A stretch of 64,000 nt of DNA, taken from contig JBFWNU010000002.1 in assembly GCA_050250895.1 (NCBI GenBank), positions 535,659 to 599,658 of the forward strand, in the 5' to 3' direction. Source of the stretch: Vulcanimicrobiota bacterium (GTDB taxonomy: Bacteria; Vulcanimicrobiota; Xenobia; Xenobiales; JADMJV01). Under the pieces are notes generated by a model. The model made no database searches. It was given only the letters and a program-made list of their open reading frames with translations, and was not told the origin of the DNA. The first letter of the stretch is position 1, and each line of letters starts with the position of its first letter. A program made the position numbers and the translations under genes. Shown piece by piece: positions 19,399-29,169 of the stretch.

Positions 19399-20904
19399 AT
19401 GGCCACTGGTATTCATTCTGGCATTCGCAGTAGCAAGACAAACAAGACTGCCCATCCCCCCAAGACTCCCCTGAGCTGGTTGCTCGAACTCGAACCCAGG
19501 TTCAAGAAAGGGCTGTTGCTGTTGCTGGCTCTACTCTTGCTCTCGGGTGTCGCTCTCAAAGGATGGCAACAGGCCCGAAGCCCCAGGCCGCTGTTTCCTT
19601 TCGAACTCTCGGAACAGAGCCAACGCGAAGTCTCGCTCGAGCTGAGCAGGTTCGGCATCACCCACCAGATCGTTCCCGGGCAGGGTGTGGTGGTCGCTCC
19701 TGAGGATCGCGCCCAGGCCAGTTGGAAGCTCTCGCTCGAGGGCCTGCCCAGACTCCACGATCGACCCGCCGAGGCGAGTGGCTATGCCACCAGTGGCGAG
19801 CGAAAGAAGTTGGCCCTCGAGCAATTGCAATGGGATCTGTCGGCGACCTTGCGTCAGATTCCCCAGGTCGTTCAGGCTCGGGTGCAGATCGCCCGCAACG
19901 AGAGCCCGTTCGCGCGTGAGAAGCATCCCACGACCGCCTCGGTCTATGTCGAAACGCAGCCGGGGCAAGACCTCTCTGGCGAGCAGATCCGCGGCATCTT
20001 TCACCTGGTGGCCTTCTCGGTTCCCGACCTCGAACCCGGCAACGTCAGCTTGATGGGTCCCCAGGGTCCTTACGTGCTCGAAACCGAGCCGGAGCGGGTC
20101 AAGAGCGACTTTCAGAAAGAACTCACCGCCGAGACCACCCGTAAGGTGCAGGCTTTGCTCGAGCGCATCGCTCCCGGTCGCAACGCTCTGGTGGTCAACA
20201 TCGAGTTCGATCTTTCCGAAGTCGAGATCAAGCGAAAAGACTATGGCGGGCCGGGCGAATCCAAGGTGGAGGTGCTGCGCAAGGTCCAGCGTGAAAGCGC
20301 CAATCGGACCGGCAATTCTGACGAGCCGGCGACCGCTTTGAGCCACGACGGCAAGAATTGGGAGTATGAGAAGATCGGCGAGGCCACCAAGGTCATGGCC
20401 GACGAGAGTTATATCTGGACCGTTCACAAGATGCCCCGCGTCAAGCGGTTGAGTTGCGCCGTAGCCTTTGATTCGGCCTATCAGGGTCAGAGCGAGCAGC
20501 TCACCCGTCTGGTCAAGGAGGCGGTCGGATTTGACGGTGCTCGCGGCGACGGGATGGCCGTCGAGTTCGTACCCATGCCGATGACTCCCCCCCGGGCTGC
20601 TTTGCCCCCGGTCGAGCCACCGGTGGTGTCCGAGGGTTGGCTGTCGGTGCCCTCGTTGTTGTTGGGCGCGGCTCTGAGCCTGGGGCTGGGGTTGCTGTTC
20701 ATGTTCTGGTCGACGCGCCGGCCTCGGGTCGAGTTCGAACCGACCATCCTCGAATACAACGGGCCGGCCAACCTGCTCGATCTGCTGAGCACCCGCGACG
20801 GCAACGAGACTGAGACCCGCGTCAATCAGGGCGTCGAGGATCTGGCTCGTTCCGAGCCTCAGCAGGTGGCCCGTCTGATTCGTTCCACCTGGCTCGGAAA
20901 CTGA
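19399..20904 (+). CDS. fliF: FliF/YscJ-like MS-ring protein (orphan)
   Basis: Two TMs; VVQARVQIA..SPF...TASV, VAFSVPDL...VSL, KRLSCAV, AVGFDGARGD; C-terminal PQQVARLIRSTW. RBS GAGGAG. Confidence 0.8.
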   Translation: MATGIHSGIRSSKTNKTAHPPKTPLSWLLELEPRFKKGLLLLLALLLLSGVALKGWQQARSPRPLFPFELSEQSQREVSLELSRFGITHQIVPGQGVVVAPEDRAQASWKLSLEGLPRLHDRPAEASGYATSGERKKLALEQLQWDLSATLRQIPQVVQARVQIARNESPFAREKHPTTASVYVETQPGQDLSGEQIRGIFHLVAFSVPDLEPGNVSLMGPQGPYVLETEPERVKSDFQKELTAETTRKVQALLERIAPGRNALVVNIEFDLSEVEIKRKDYGGPGESKVEVLRKVQRESANRTGNSDEPATALSHDGKNWEYEKIGEATKVMADESYIWTVHKMPRVKRLSCAVAFDSAYQGQSEQLTRLVKEAVGFDGARGDGMAVEFVPMPMTPPRAALPPVEPPVVSEGWLSVPSLLLGAALSLGLGLLFMFWSTRRPRVEFEPTILEYNGPANLLDLLSTRDGNETETRVNQGVEDLARSEPQQVARLIRSTWLGN

Positions 20905-20962
20905 CCGAGGTCATTGCGAGCCAGCGCGGCTCACCTCATGATGGTTGCATGGGGTGAGCCCG

Positions 20963-22129
20963 GTGAAACAATTCTACGACGCTTTCTATACTTTCTTTGA
21001 CGGCCTACCGGTGGGGGTTGTATTACTCGATTCCCACTCCAGGATTGTGGCCGTCAATCCGGCCTATCTCGAGCTGTCGGGTTTGTCTCGCGAAGAGGTG
21101 CTCGACCGGCCGTGTGCGGCCGTTCACCACGCCTATCTGTATGGAGAGGCCGAGCAGAGCTGTGGCTGTCGAGCCGGTCAGACCCCTCCCAGTTCGCCTG
21201 TGCTGGCGCTCGATCTTTGTCGCAACAACTGCCCCTTTCGCGACCCGAGCAAGGCCGTGGTCCCGCCGACTCTGATCTGGATGCGTCACGCCGAAGGACC
21301 GCCCAGACCCTACTATCGGACTTACTCACGCTTGGAGGGGGAAGGTTTGCTGCTGTTCCTGCATCCGGTCGAACCGTTGCACGAGTTAGTGATGAAAAGC
21401 CGCGAGGAGTGCTCTCGCCTGAGTATCGAGCTGTCGGCGGCGGCTAATCTGGACCGGCACCTGGTCCCGCCGCGGCGCGACCAGAGCGAGGGATTGGAAT
21501 ACGGGATCTGTTCCTTGCCCTATCGGCCGGTGGGAGGCGACACCGCCGAGGTGATTGCACGCAAGCGAGGTTTGGTGTTTTACGTCGCCGACGTGAGCGG
21601 CAAAAGCCTGCCGGGCGCGGTGGTGCTGCCCTTGCTGCGCCAGTTGTTGCACGAACATCTCGACGGGCCCCAATCGCCTGGCGAAATCATCTCGCGGTGC
21701 AACCAGCAACTCCACCAACTCCTGCCCAGCGATCTCTTCGTGGCCGCTACCTTCCTATTCTTTCAGAACGGGCTGCTCGAGGTGGTCAACGCCGGACAGG
21801 AACCAGTGCTTCTTCGGCGCACCGACGGAAGCTGCCAGCAGCTCGATCTCTCTGGCCCAGTCCTCGGCGTTTTCGAGCAAGCCCGTTTTCCGGCCACTCC
21901 CGTCGAACTCGAGCCGGGCGAGATGGTAGCCACCTGGACCGATGGCTTCGGCGAGGCCCTCGCGGAGGAGGGGCGGTCGCCCCAGAGCCTGCTCGAAGGT
22001 CTGGTTGACCAGACGCTGTCTCTGGCCGTACCCCGCATGGTGGAAGGACTGCATCGTAGTGACGACGCGACTCTGATGGTGGTTCGCAAGCTACCTACTC
22101 ACCCTTCGGCAGCAGCAGCCGAACGGTAG
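20963..22129 (+). CDS. PAS (Cys-rich) plus PP2C/SpoIIE phosphatase
   Basis: VGGD, ADVSGK, NAGQ, WTDG and DDAT motifs. Start is uncertain (20945-20963). Confidence 0.88.
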   Translation: MKQFYDAFYTFFDGLPVGVVLLDSHSRIVAVNPAYLELSGLSREEVLDRPCAAVHHAYLYGEAEQSCGCRAGQTPPSSPVLALDLCRNNCPFRDPSKAVVPPTLIWMRHAEGPPRPYYRTYSRLEGEGLLLFLHPVEPLHELVMKSREECSRLSIELSAAANLDRHLVPPRRDQSEGLEYGICSLPYRPVGGDTAEVIARKRGLVFYVADVSGKSLPGAVVLPLLRQLLHEHLDGPQSPGEIISRCNQQLHQLLPSDLFVAATFLFFQNGLLEVVNAGQEPVLLRRTDGSCQQLDLSGPVLGVFEQARFPATPVELEPGEMVATWTDGFGEALAEEGRSPQSLLEGLVDQTLSLAVPRMVEGLHRSDDATLMVVRKLPTHPSAAAAER

Positions 22130-23975
22130 TTCCGAAGCCCTCTTCCGAGTGCACTTGCAGGTCACCGTTGTGAGCCTCGACCAACCCCATGACCTCGACC
22201 AGACCCAGGCCTCGTCGCGCTTTGCGAGTAGTGAAGAAGGGCTCGAAGGCAAGCTCCCGAGCGGCCGCGTCCATACCGTGCCCGTCGTCCTGAATATCTA
22301 ACACAATTCGACCGTGGACCTGGCTCCAGCCGGTGGTCAGGGTGACCTGACCCTGGCCGTCTACGAAGGCGTCGGCGGCATTGCGGACCAGCTCTTTGAT
22401 GACTTCGAGCAGGGCTGCAGGATCGGCTAGCACCGGCGGTAGACCCACGGCCAGATTCATGACGCAACGAGCCGGCGCGAGCATGGACTCGAGCTCGGGC
22501 AACAGCGAACTCAGGAGTTCGTTGAGGTCCAACGAGCGCGGCTCGACCAGGCCTTCGGCGGCGCTCGATACGAGCTTTCGGCACAGTTCCGTGACCCGCC
22601 CGGCGGCGCTACGGATCTCGGCCACGAGGGCGGGCCGGTCGCTGTCTGGCTGGGAAAGGACGAGCTGGTCGACCCGGGCCAGGATGGTTTGAAGGTGCTT
22701 GTTGAGGATGTGGGCCACCGCTCCGATCAGGCGGCCTTGACCGAGTCGCCGCTCGTTCACCTCGCGGGTCAGGTCCGCTCGCTGATCCAGCAACAGGCGC
22801 AGATTGGTTACGTCGCTGATGAGCACCTGGCGAGCGCCGGTAGGGTCGACCCGCAGGTCGACCAGAGCCAGAAATCCCCTTTCGGTCTCGCCGCGCTGTA
22901 GCCAGATCTCTCGCTCGCCTCCTTCACTCAGAAACGCCTTCAGCTGGGCTTGCTGCTCGAGCCCCGCCAGATCATAGAGCGAGAGGCCCTCGATTTCCTG
23001 GCGTTTGAGACCGAAGAGGCCGCAGGCGGTCAGGTTGGCGCTGGTGACGCGAGCCTCGGCGTCTACGGTCAGGTAGCCGGCCGGGGCATACTCCCAAAGG
23101 TTTCGATAACGGTCCCGTTCATGCTCGAGGGCGAGTTTGGCTTGATGGAGCTCGGTGTTGCGCATCTCGAGCATGACCTTGTGCAGGCGAAGCTCTTTCA
23201 GAGGCTCGCCGGTCTCCTGGTCAGACACCGCTGCCAGGGCCCTTTCCCGTAGCTCGCTCAGATAGCTCGGGCTCAGCTGGCCGCGCTGGGAGAATGGCTC
23301 GAGAAAGCCGGGCGGAGGCCAGGGCAGGTGAATAGCCACGACCGTGCCCTGGCCGGGCCGGCTTTCCAGCTGGCAGCGGCCGCCCAGGAGTTCGGCTCGC
23401 TCAGAAAGGCTGGCCAGACCCAGGTTGGCGCTGCTGGCCTTGACCCGCTCAGGCTCGAATCCGACACCCTGGTCTTCGACCCGCAGCACCAGTTCTCCGG
23501 GCAGGTGACCCAGCCATATCCGAGCTCGATGGATCTGGGCGTGCCGCACCACGTTGTGGACGGCTTCCTGGGTCATGCGGAAGAGATTGCCTTTGAAGAT
23601 GGGAGGCAACTCGGTATCATCGAGCTCGATCTCGAGGTCGAAGGTGACACCGCTATCGGTGCTCATGCGGTCCAGCAGATCCGACAGCATCTCGCCGAGG
23701 CCAAAGTCTTCCAGGCTGGGTGGGCGCAGCTCACCAATTAGACGACGACCTTCCACCACGGCATTCTCCAGGCGCTCCGAGGCCGTGCTCAACAGCCTCG
23801 GGTCGGGTCGGCGGCGAGCCTTGTCGACCAGCAGGCGGGCCCCGATGACGAATTGCAGCAAGCCATCGTGGAGTTCACGCGCCAGCGACAAACGTTCTTG
23901 TTCCTGGGCCTGCAGCAGCCTGTCTACCAGGGTCCTCAGGCGGTCCCTTTCGAGGCGAAGATTGTCGGTTATCAC
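22095..23975 (-). CDS. Tandem histidine kinase: HisKA_3-HATPase, PAS, HisKA-like-HATPase
   Basis: ARELHDG...NVVRHA..DQGVGF; then AHILNK...NAADA..DDGHGM..FEPFFTT..GLGL. Confidence 0.88.
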   Translation of the reverse strand: MITDNLRLERDRLRTLVDRLLQAQEQERLSLARELHDGLLQFVIGARLLVDKARRRPDPRLLSTASERLENAVVEGRRLIGELRPPSLEDFGLGEMLSDLLDRMSTDSGVTFDLEIELDDTELPPIFKGNLFRMTQEAVHNVVRHAQIHRARIWLGHLPGELVLRVEDQGVGFEPERVKASSANLGLASLSERAELLGGRCQLESRPGQGTVVAIHLPWPPPGFLEPFSQRGQLSPSYLSELRERALAAVSDQETGEPLKELRLHKVMLEMRNTELHQAKLALEHERDRYRNLWEYAPAGYLTVDAEARVTSANLTACGLFGLKRQEIEGLSLYDLAGLEQQAQLKAFLSEGGEREIWLQRGETERGFLALVDLRVDPTGARQVLISDVTNLRLLLDQRADLTREVNERRLGQGRLIGAVAHILNKHLQTILARVDQLVLSQPDSDRPALVAEIRSAAGRVTELCRKLVSSAAEGLVEPRSLDLNELLSSLLPELESMLAPARCVMNLAVGLPPVLADPAALLEVIKELVRNAADAFVDGQGQVTLTTGWSQVHGRIVLDIQDDGHGMDAAARELAFEPFFTTRKARRGLGLVEVMGLVEAHNGDLQVHSEEGFGTTVRLLLPKGE

Positions 23976-24066
23976 GTTGTTCAGTCTAGACCAGGTAGAA
24001 GTTTTTCACTATGACCCGGATCATCTCCATGCCTGACAAATTGGGGTAGACTGTGAAAGAGGAACA

Positions 24067-24726
24067 ATGATCGCAGCTACCCATTCTAACCATACGGCTC
24101 TTAGAGTCTTGCTGGTCGACGACCATCCGGTGGTCCGCAACGGCTTGATGTTGACGCTGGCTGACGAGCCAGGTATCGAGATTGCGGGCGCGGTGTCGAC
24201 CGCCGAAGAGGCGCTGCAAATCGCCGGTCAGGAGCGACCGGACGTGGTGGTCATGGATATTCGCTTGCCCGGCCGTAGTGGGCTCGAGGCCGCCCGTGAG
24301 CTGCATCATCGCTATCCGGAGCTCAAGATCGTGATGTTGACGGTGCATGGCGAGCGCATCTATCTCGCCCGCGCGCTGCAGGACGGCGCCGTAGGCTACG
24401 TGCTCAAGGATGCACCCGGCGAGATGATCGTCGAGGCCATCCGGGCCGCGGGTTTGGGCGGCAGTCTGACCCCGACCCACATGTTGCGCGAGCTGGTCAG
24501 TCAGCGAGGCCACCGGGCTCATCCTGAAGGACCGACCCTGACGGCTCGCGAGACGAGCGTGCTACAACTGCTGGCCGAGGGCTTCTCGAATCGCGAGATC
24601 GCCGACCAGATGACGCTGGCCGAGGGAACCATCAAAAAGCACGTGCAGAGTCTGATGAGCAAGCTCGAGGCTCGCAGTCGGGCTCATGTCGCCGCCCGAG
24701 CGGTGCGACTCGGCCTGGTGGATTAG
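24067..24726 (+). CDS. NarL/FixJ-family response regulator
   Basis: VDDHPVVR receiver domain plus LuxR HTH (LTARE..SNREIA). Confidence 0.95.
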   Translation: MIAATHSNHTALRVLLVDDHPVVRNGLMLTLADEPGIEIAGAVSTAEEALQIAGQERPDVVVMDIRLPGRSGLEAARELHHRYPELKIVMLTVHGERIYLARALQDGAVGYVLKDAPGEMIVEAIRAAGLGGSLTPTHMLRELVSQRGHRAHPEGPTLTARETSVLQLLAEGFSNREIADQMTLAEGTIKKHVQSLMSKLEARSRAHVAARAVRLGLVD

Positions 24727-25403
24727 CCTCCGACTACGGCCAGGGATTGGCGAATGCAATCGGGCCGCAACAGCGTCATTCGCCCGTTGTTTTCCCTGAC
24801 TAATCCGTCTTTACGCATTTCGGACAGGGCTCGTACGGTCGACTCGACGGTGGTGCCGATCAACTCGGCCAGCACCTGGCGGCTGAACGGCAGAGGAAAC
24901 TCGATACAACCTCCCTGAGCGTCGCCAAGTTTGCTGGCGATGGCCAGCAACACCCGCGCCGTTCGTTGACGCACCTTTTCCACCGCCAGCGACGCCAGCA
25001 TCTCTTGCTGCTGGCGAAACTTGGCGCAACAGGTGGCCAACCCGCAGGGCATCATCTGACCGTGCTGGTCGCAAAGTTCGATGAAGTCGGGCCAGCTGAT
25101 CTGGTCCACCCCTCCGTCGAGCATGGCGATGCAACTGGCTCCGTAGGTCTGGCCGCTCAGACCGCAGACCACACCACAGAACTCTCCTGGAAAGAGAATC
25201 TCGGTGACCATCTCCCGTCCCCCGGGGGTAGCCACCGAGACTTTGGCCCAGATGTCTCGCATCAAGAATAGGTGAGTGGGCCTATCGCCTTGAGAGAAGA
25301 GGGCCTGACCAGCCACCACCGCACGGGTCTCTAGCCGTGCCTGGAAATCACGAGCGGCGGCAGGGTCGAGTTTCCCCAGGTATGAAGTGTTAGTCCCCAG
25401 CAT
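24723..25403 (-). CDS. Crp/Fnr-family regulator (Cys-rich)
   Basis: cNMP-binding fold plus HTH SRQVLAELIGTTVESTVR; 9 Cys. Confidence 0.92.
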   Translation of the reverse strand: MLGTNTSYLGKLDPAAARDFQARLETRAVVAGQALFSQGDRPTHLFLMRDIWAKVSVATPGGREMVTEILFPGEFCGVVCGLSGQTYGASCIAMLDGGVDQISWPDFIELCDQHGQMMPCGLATCCAKFRQQQEMLASLAVEKVRQRTARVLLAIASKLGDAQGGCIEFPLPFSRQVLAELIGTTVESTVRALSEMRKDGLVRENNGRMTLLRPDCIRQSLAVVGG

Positions 25404-25558
25404 AGTGCCAATGTATCACCGGGTTTTCGCGCCTCCCAGCCTCATTCGGCCACCCAGGCGTGGCCAAACGAACCACCCCTTTCGGCCCAGGCCCGCCTGA
25501 TCAAGGTCATAGGCTCCTCGGTTCACGTCTGCTAAACTGGTAGCCGGAGGACTTCAAG

Positions 25559-26422
25559 ATGTCATACACGATACTAGTGCCCTTAGACGGCTCGATGACG
25601 GCCGAACGAGCTATCGCTCCCGCCCTAGAACTGGCCCGTCAGCATCAGGGAGCGGTGGTATTCATTCAAGTCTTTCCGGTGGGTGTCGAGCCCCCCGAAT
25701 CCGCCCGCGAGTACCTCGGCGTGCGGGTCGAATCGGCTCGCGCGGCCGGAGTAGAGGCCAGCAGCGAGACTCACGCTGGGGAAGCCCATCAGGTCATCCT
25801 CGAGCGGGCCGCCCAGGTCGACACGGTGGTGATGAGCAGCCACGGGCGCTCGGGATTCAATCGCCTGTTGCTGGGCAGCGTGACCGAGAAGGTCGTGCGC
25901 CAGGCACCCTGCCCGGTGCTGGTGGTGCGCTCGACGCAGCTCCACCTCGATCAGGTCCGGCGAATCCTTGTCCCCCTCGACGGCTCGAAGCTGTGTCGGC
26001 ACGCCTTGCCCGAAGCCGCCCGTCTGGCCACCGCCACCGGTGCCACGCTGGTGCTGGCGCGAGTGGTCGAGCCTCTGCCGATCGATCCGCTTTTCGTGAC
26101 CGTCTGTGATCGCGAGCAAGAGGAGCGGGTGGTGGAGGGGTATCTGAGCAAGTTGGCGGCCGAGCTGCATCCTTCGATTCCCGTCGAGCTGCGGCACGAG
26201 TGGGGGTCGCCGGCCCGCGTGCTTATCGAAATGGTGGAACTGCGCAACATCGACCTGGTGGTCATGACGACTCACGGCCGGAGCGGCTTTGACCGGTTCG
26301 TGTGCGGCAGCGTGGCCGAGAATATGCTGCGGGTCTGCCACGTGCCGGTCTATCTGGTCTCGGCCCGGGCCTGCCACCAGACCCCCGAAGCGGTCCTGGC
26401 CGCTCGCTCGGTGGCCGGATAG
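25559..26422 (+). CDS. Tandem universal stress protein
   Basis: Two copies of ILVPLDGS...HGRSG...GSV. Confidence 0.95.
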   Translation: MSYTILVPLDGSMTAERAIAPALELARQHQGAVVFIQVFPVGVEPPESAREYLGVRVESARAAGVEASSETHAGEAHQVILERAAQVDTVVMSSHGRSGFNRLLLGSVTEKVVRQAPCPVLVVRSTQLHLDQVRRILVPLDGSKLCRHALPEAARLATATGATLVLARVVEPLPIDPLFVTVCDREQEERVVEGYLSKLAAELHPSIPVELRHEWGSPARVLIEMVELRNIDLVVMTTHGRSGFDRFVCGSVAENMLRVCHVPVYLVSARACHQTPEAVLAARSVAG

Positions 26423-26424
26423 CG

Positions 26425-27969
26425 ATGCCGTTCATTCCTAGCCTCGTCTTGCGCAAGCTCTATCAGCGCTCCAGCCTGCGCAACACCCATCGGGGGGTCG
26501 CTTTCTCGCTCAAGAATCGGCTGGGAGAGGTCATGGTGCTCGGGGTCGAGTCGTTTCGACTCGATGGCGCGCCGGTGGCCTTGAACCGCATTCTGGCCCA
26601 GTTGCCGAAACGCTCCTTCACTCTAGACCGTCTCAACGCCGATGACGCCCTCGAACTGGCCGTGGGCGACCGCCTCTCGCTGGTGCTCGATGTCGAGCCT
26701 CTGGGGGAGGGCGAGCACACCCTTGAAATGGTCTTTGTCACCGCGCCCTTCGGCCGGCTCAGACTCAAAGTGGAAGATACCCTGGCTAGCCGTCAGCATG
26801 ATCCCACCCACATTCCCCGCAGTCTCGACGATGACTACGCTCCGGCCGTGGTGGCTCAACGACAAGGGTTCGTCGAGGAGCGTTGCGGAGTGCGACTCGA
26901 GCACGTCAAGTCGCACTCTTTCGACCCCCAGTGCGTGGCCGGCAACATCGAGAACTTCTTTGGCGTGGCTCAGGTACCGCTGGGCCTGGCCGGCCCGCTC
27001 AAAGTGGACGGTGAGCACGCTCAAGGCGACTTCTATGTGCCCATGGCCACCTCGGAGGGAACCCTGGTGGCTTCTTACGGTCGGGGTATGAAGGTCTTGC
27101 ACCGCTGCGGCGGGGCCCGCTGTTCGGTGGTGGGCGACCAGATGCAGAGAGCGCCGGTGTTTCTCTTCGGCGACGCTCGTCAGGCTCGGCTCTTCGCCGA
27201 CTGGATCAAGACTCACCAGCAGGAGATTGGGCGGGCGGCCGAGGCCACCTCACGAGTGGCCCGCCTCAAGCACATCGAGTACTACCTTGTCAGTCGGTTC
27301 GTCTATCTGCGTTTTGACTATACCACCGGCGATGCGGCCGGCCAGAACATGGTCAGTCGGGCTACCCTGGCAGCCTGCAACTGGATCCTCGAGCATTACG
27401 ACGCGGCAATCGAGGACTTCTATCTAGAATCCAATCTGGCTACCGACAAGAAGTCCTCGATGATCAACATCATCCACAGCCGGGGAAAACGCGTCACCGC
27501 CGAGGTTACCGTCGACCACGAGACCCTCTGGAGCCTGCTGCGTACCACCCCGGAACGTCTTCACCATCACAACGGCGTGGCGAATCTGGGGGCCTTTCTT
27601 TCGGGCGCCAATAACAACGGGCTCCACGCAGCCAACGGCATCACCGCTGTCTTCCTGGCCACCGGTCAGGATGTGGCCAACGTGGCCGAAGCCAGCGCTG
27701 CCATGCTTTACACCGAGATCACCAGAGAGGGCGCTCTCTATCTCTCCATCACTCTTCCCTGCCTGATCGTGGCTACCCATGGCGGCGGGACCGGCTTGCC
27801 CACCCAGCGGGAGTGCCTCGAGATGCTGGGTTGCTATGGAGTGGGCAAGGTCTACAAGTTGGCCGAGATTGTGGCTGCCACGGTATTGGCCGGCGAACTG
27901 TCACTTGCGGCCGCGATCTCGTCTGACGAATGGGTCTCGGCCCACGAAAAACTAGGTCGCCATCGCTAG
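26425..27969 (+). CDS. hmgA: Class I-like HMG-CoA reductase with an extra N-terminal domain
   Basis: ENFFG, PMATSEGTLVAS, GDAAGQNM, GGGT and GELS. Confidence 0.88.
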   Translation: MPFIPSLVLRKLYQRSSLRNTHRGVAFSLKNRLGEVMVLGVESFRLDGAPVALNRILAQLPKRSFTLDRLNADDALELAVGDRLSLVLDVEPLGEGEHTLEMVFVTAPFGRLRLKVEDTLASRQHDPTHIPRSLDDDYAPAVVAQRQGFVEERCGVRLEHVKSHSFDPQCVAGNIENFFGVAQVPLGLAGPLKVDGEHAQGDFYVPMATSEGTLVASYGRGMKVLHRCGGARCSVVGDQMQRAPVFLFGDARQARLFADWIKTHQQEIGRAAEATSRVARLKHIEYYLVSRFVYLRFDYTTGDAAGQNMVSRATLAACNWILEHYDAAIEDFYLESNLATDKKSSMINIIHSRGKRVTAEVTVDHETLWSLLRTTPERLHHHNGVANLGAFLSGANNNGLHAANGITAVFLATGQDVANVAEASAAMLYTEITREGALYLSITLPCLIVATHGGGTGLPTQRECLEMLGCYGVGKVYKLAEIVAATVLAGELSLAAAISSDEWVSAHEKLGRHR

Positions 27970-29169
27970 CTCGGCGAAAGCGCCCTCGAATTCTGCTACC
28001 AAGGCCTGGGGGTCGACGACGCCGGCGTCGCTGGCCACTCCTACCCGCACTTCGCCGGCGTAGCTGATGATGCTGACTCCCAGAGCCAACCGGCCCGATT
28101 GAGGGACCCAGAACATCAACTGGCTGACGGGAACGCCTCCCACGACGAGTCGTTGCTCGGGTCCGTGGACGTTGGTGGACACCAGGCTCGCCCGCGAACC
28201 GAACAGGCGTACCAGGGCCAGTTCCAAACTCACCGGCAGGCAACCGGCCAGGCGCAACACCCCATAGAGAATGGCCGCGTGGGGAGTGTTCTTGAGCTTG
28301 AGCAATCTACGACGGGACTCGCGCAATCGCTCCAGCGGATCGTCGATTCCGACGGGCAAGGCGGCGAAGGCCAGGCCGAATTGATTGCCCAGGGTGAGGT
28401 CGCGGGCCGGCCTCAGATCTACCGGCATGACCGCCCGCAGATTAGCCGGTAGCGATTGGCCGGTCTTTTGCAGATGGCGGCGCAGGGCCCCGGTCAAGGT
28501 GGCCAGGAGCACATCGTTGACGGTCCCCCGGACCTTCTTTTCGATGCGCTTGACCTCGCTCAGAGGGATAGGGCCAGAGACGGCGGCCAGCTTGGTTCGG
28601 CCCAACGAGCCCTTGAGATTCGAGGCCGGTTCAGGCGAGAGCAACACGCCAAAGATCAGCTCGCCCAGGGCCGACAACCATGCGCCCACGCGTCCCAGCC
28701 CCGGGCGGGGCGAGCGGCCCCGAGAGGGCGGGGGCGGGTTGTCGGCCAGGCTGGTGAGGACCTTCATCATGGCAACCCCGTCGCCCATGGCGTGATGCAC
28801 TCGGATGACCAGGGCCGTATCGGCCCCTAACCAGACCGCGTGGATCTGCCAGAGCGGACGCGACCGGTCGAGGGGTTGGCTCATCCACTGACCGACCAGG
28901 TCGAGCAGCCGCTCAGGGGTCGATTCGGTCATGACCAGATGATGGTCGAGTTCAAGCTCGGCGTCTTCGACCCAATGGGGCGGGCCCACGGTTGGATCGA
29001 CCACCTTGCAGCCAAAGCGGTCATGAGACATCAAGGGTGTCACCACGTGGCGCTCGAGCCACGGGCGATCGAGGCGACCCTCGAGCAGAAAGAGCCCGGT
29101 GATGGTCATCAGATTGCTGGGCTCTTCCATGTGCAGCCAGGCTGCGTCGGCCCGGGTGAGCGCAGTCAT
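27952..29169 (-). CDS. Wax ester synthase/diacylglycerol acyltransferase
   Basis: HHAMGDG active site, PLWQ and GTVNDV. Confidence 0.93.
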   Translation of the reverse strand: MTALTRADAAWLHMEEPSNLMTITGLFLLEGRLDRPWLERHVVTPLMSHDRFGCKVVDPTVGPPHWVEDAELELDHHLVMTESTPERLLDLVGQWMSQPLDRSRPLWQIHAVWLGADTALVIRVHHAMGDGVAMMKVLTSLADNPPPPSRGRSPRPGLGRVGAWLSALGELIFGVLLSPEPASNLKGSLGRTKLAAVSGPIPLSEVKRIEKKVRGTVNDVLLATLTGALRRHLQKTGQSLPANLRAVMPVDLRPARDLTLGNQFGLAFAALPVGIDDPLERLRESRRRLLKLKNTPHAAILYGVLRLAGCLPVSLELALVRLFGSRASLVSTNVHGPEQRLVVGGVPVSQLMFWVPQSGRLALGVSIISYAGEVRVGVASDAGVVDPQALVAEFEGAFAELAMAT

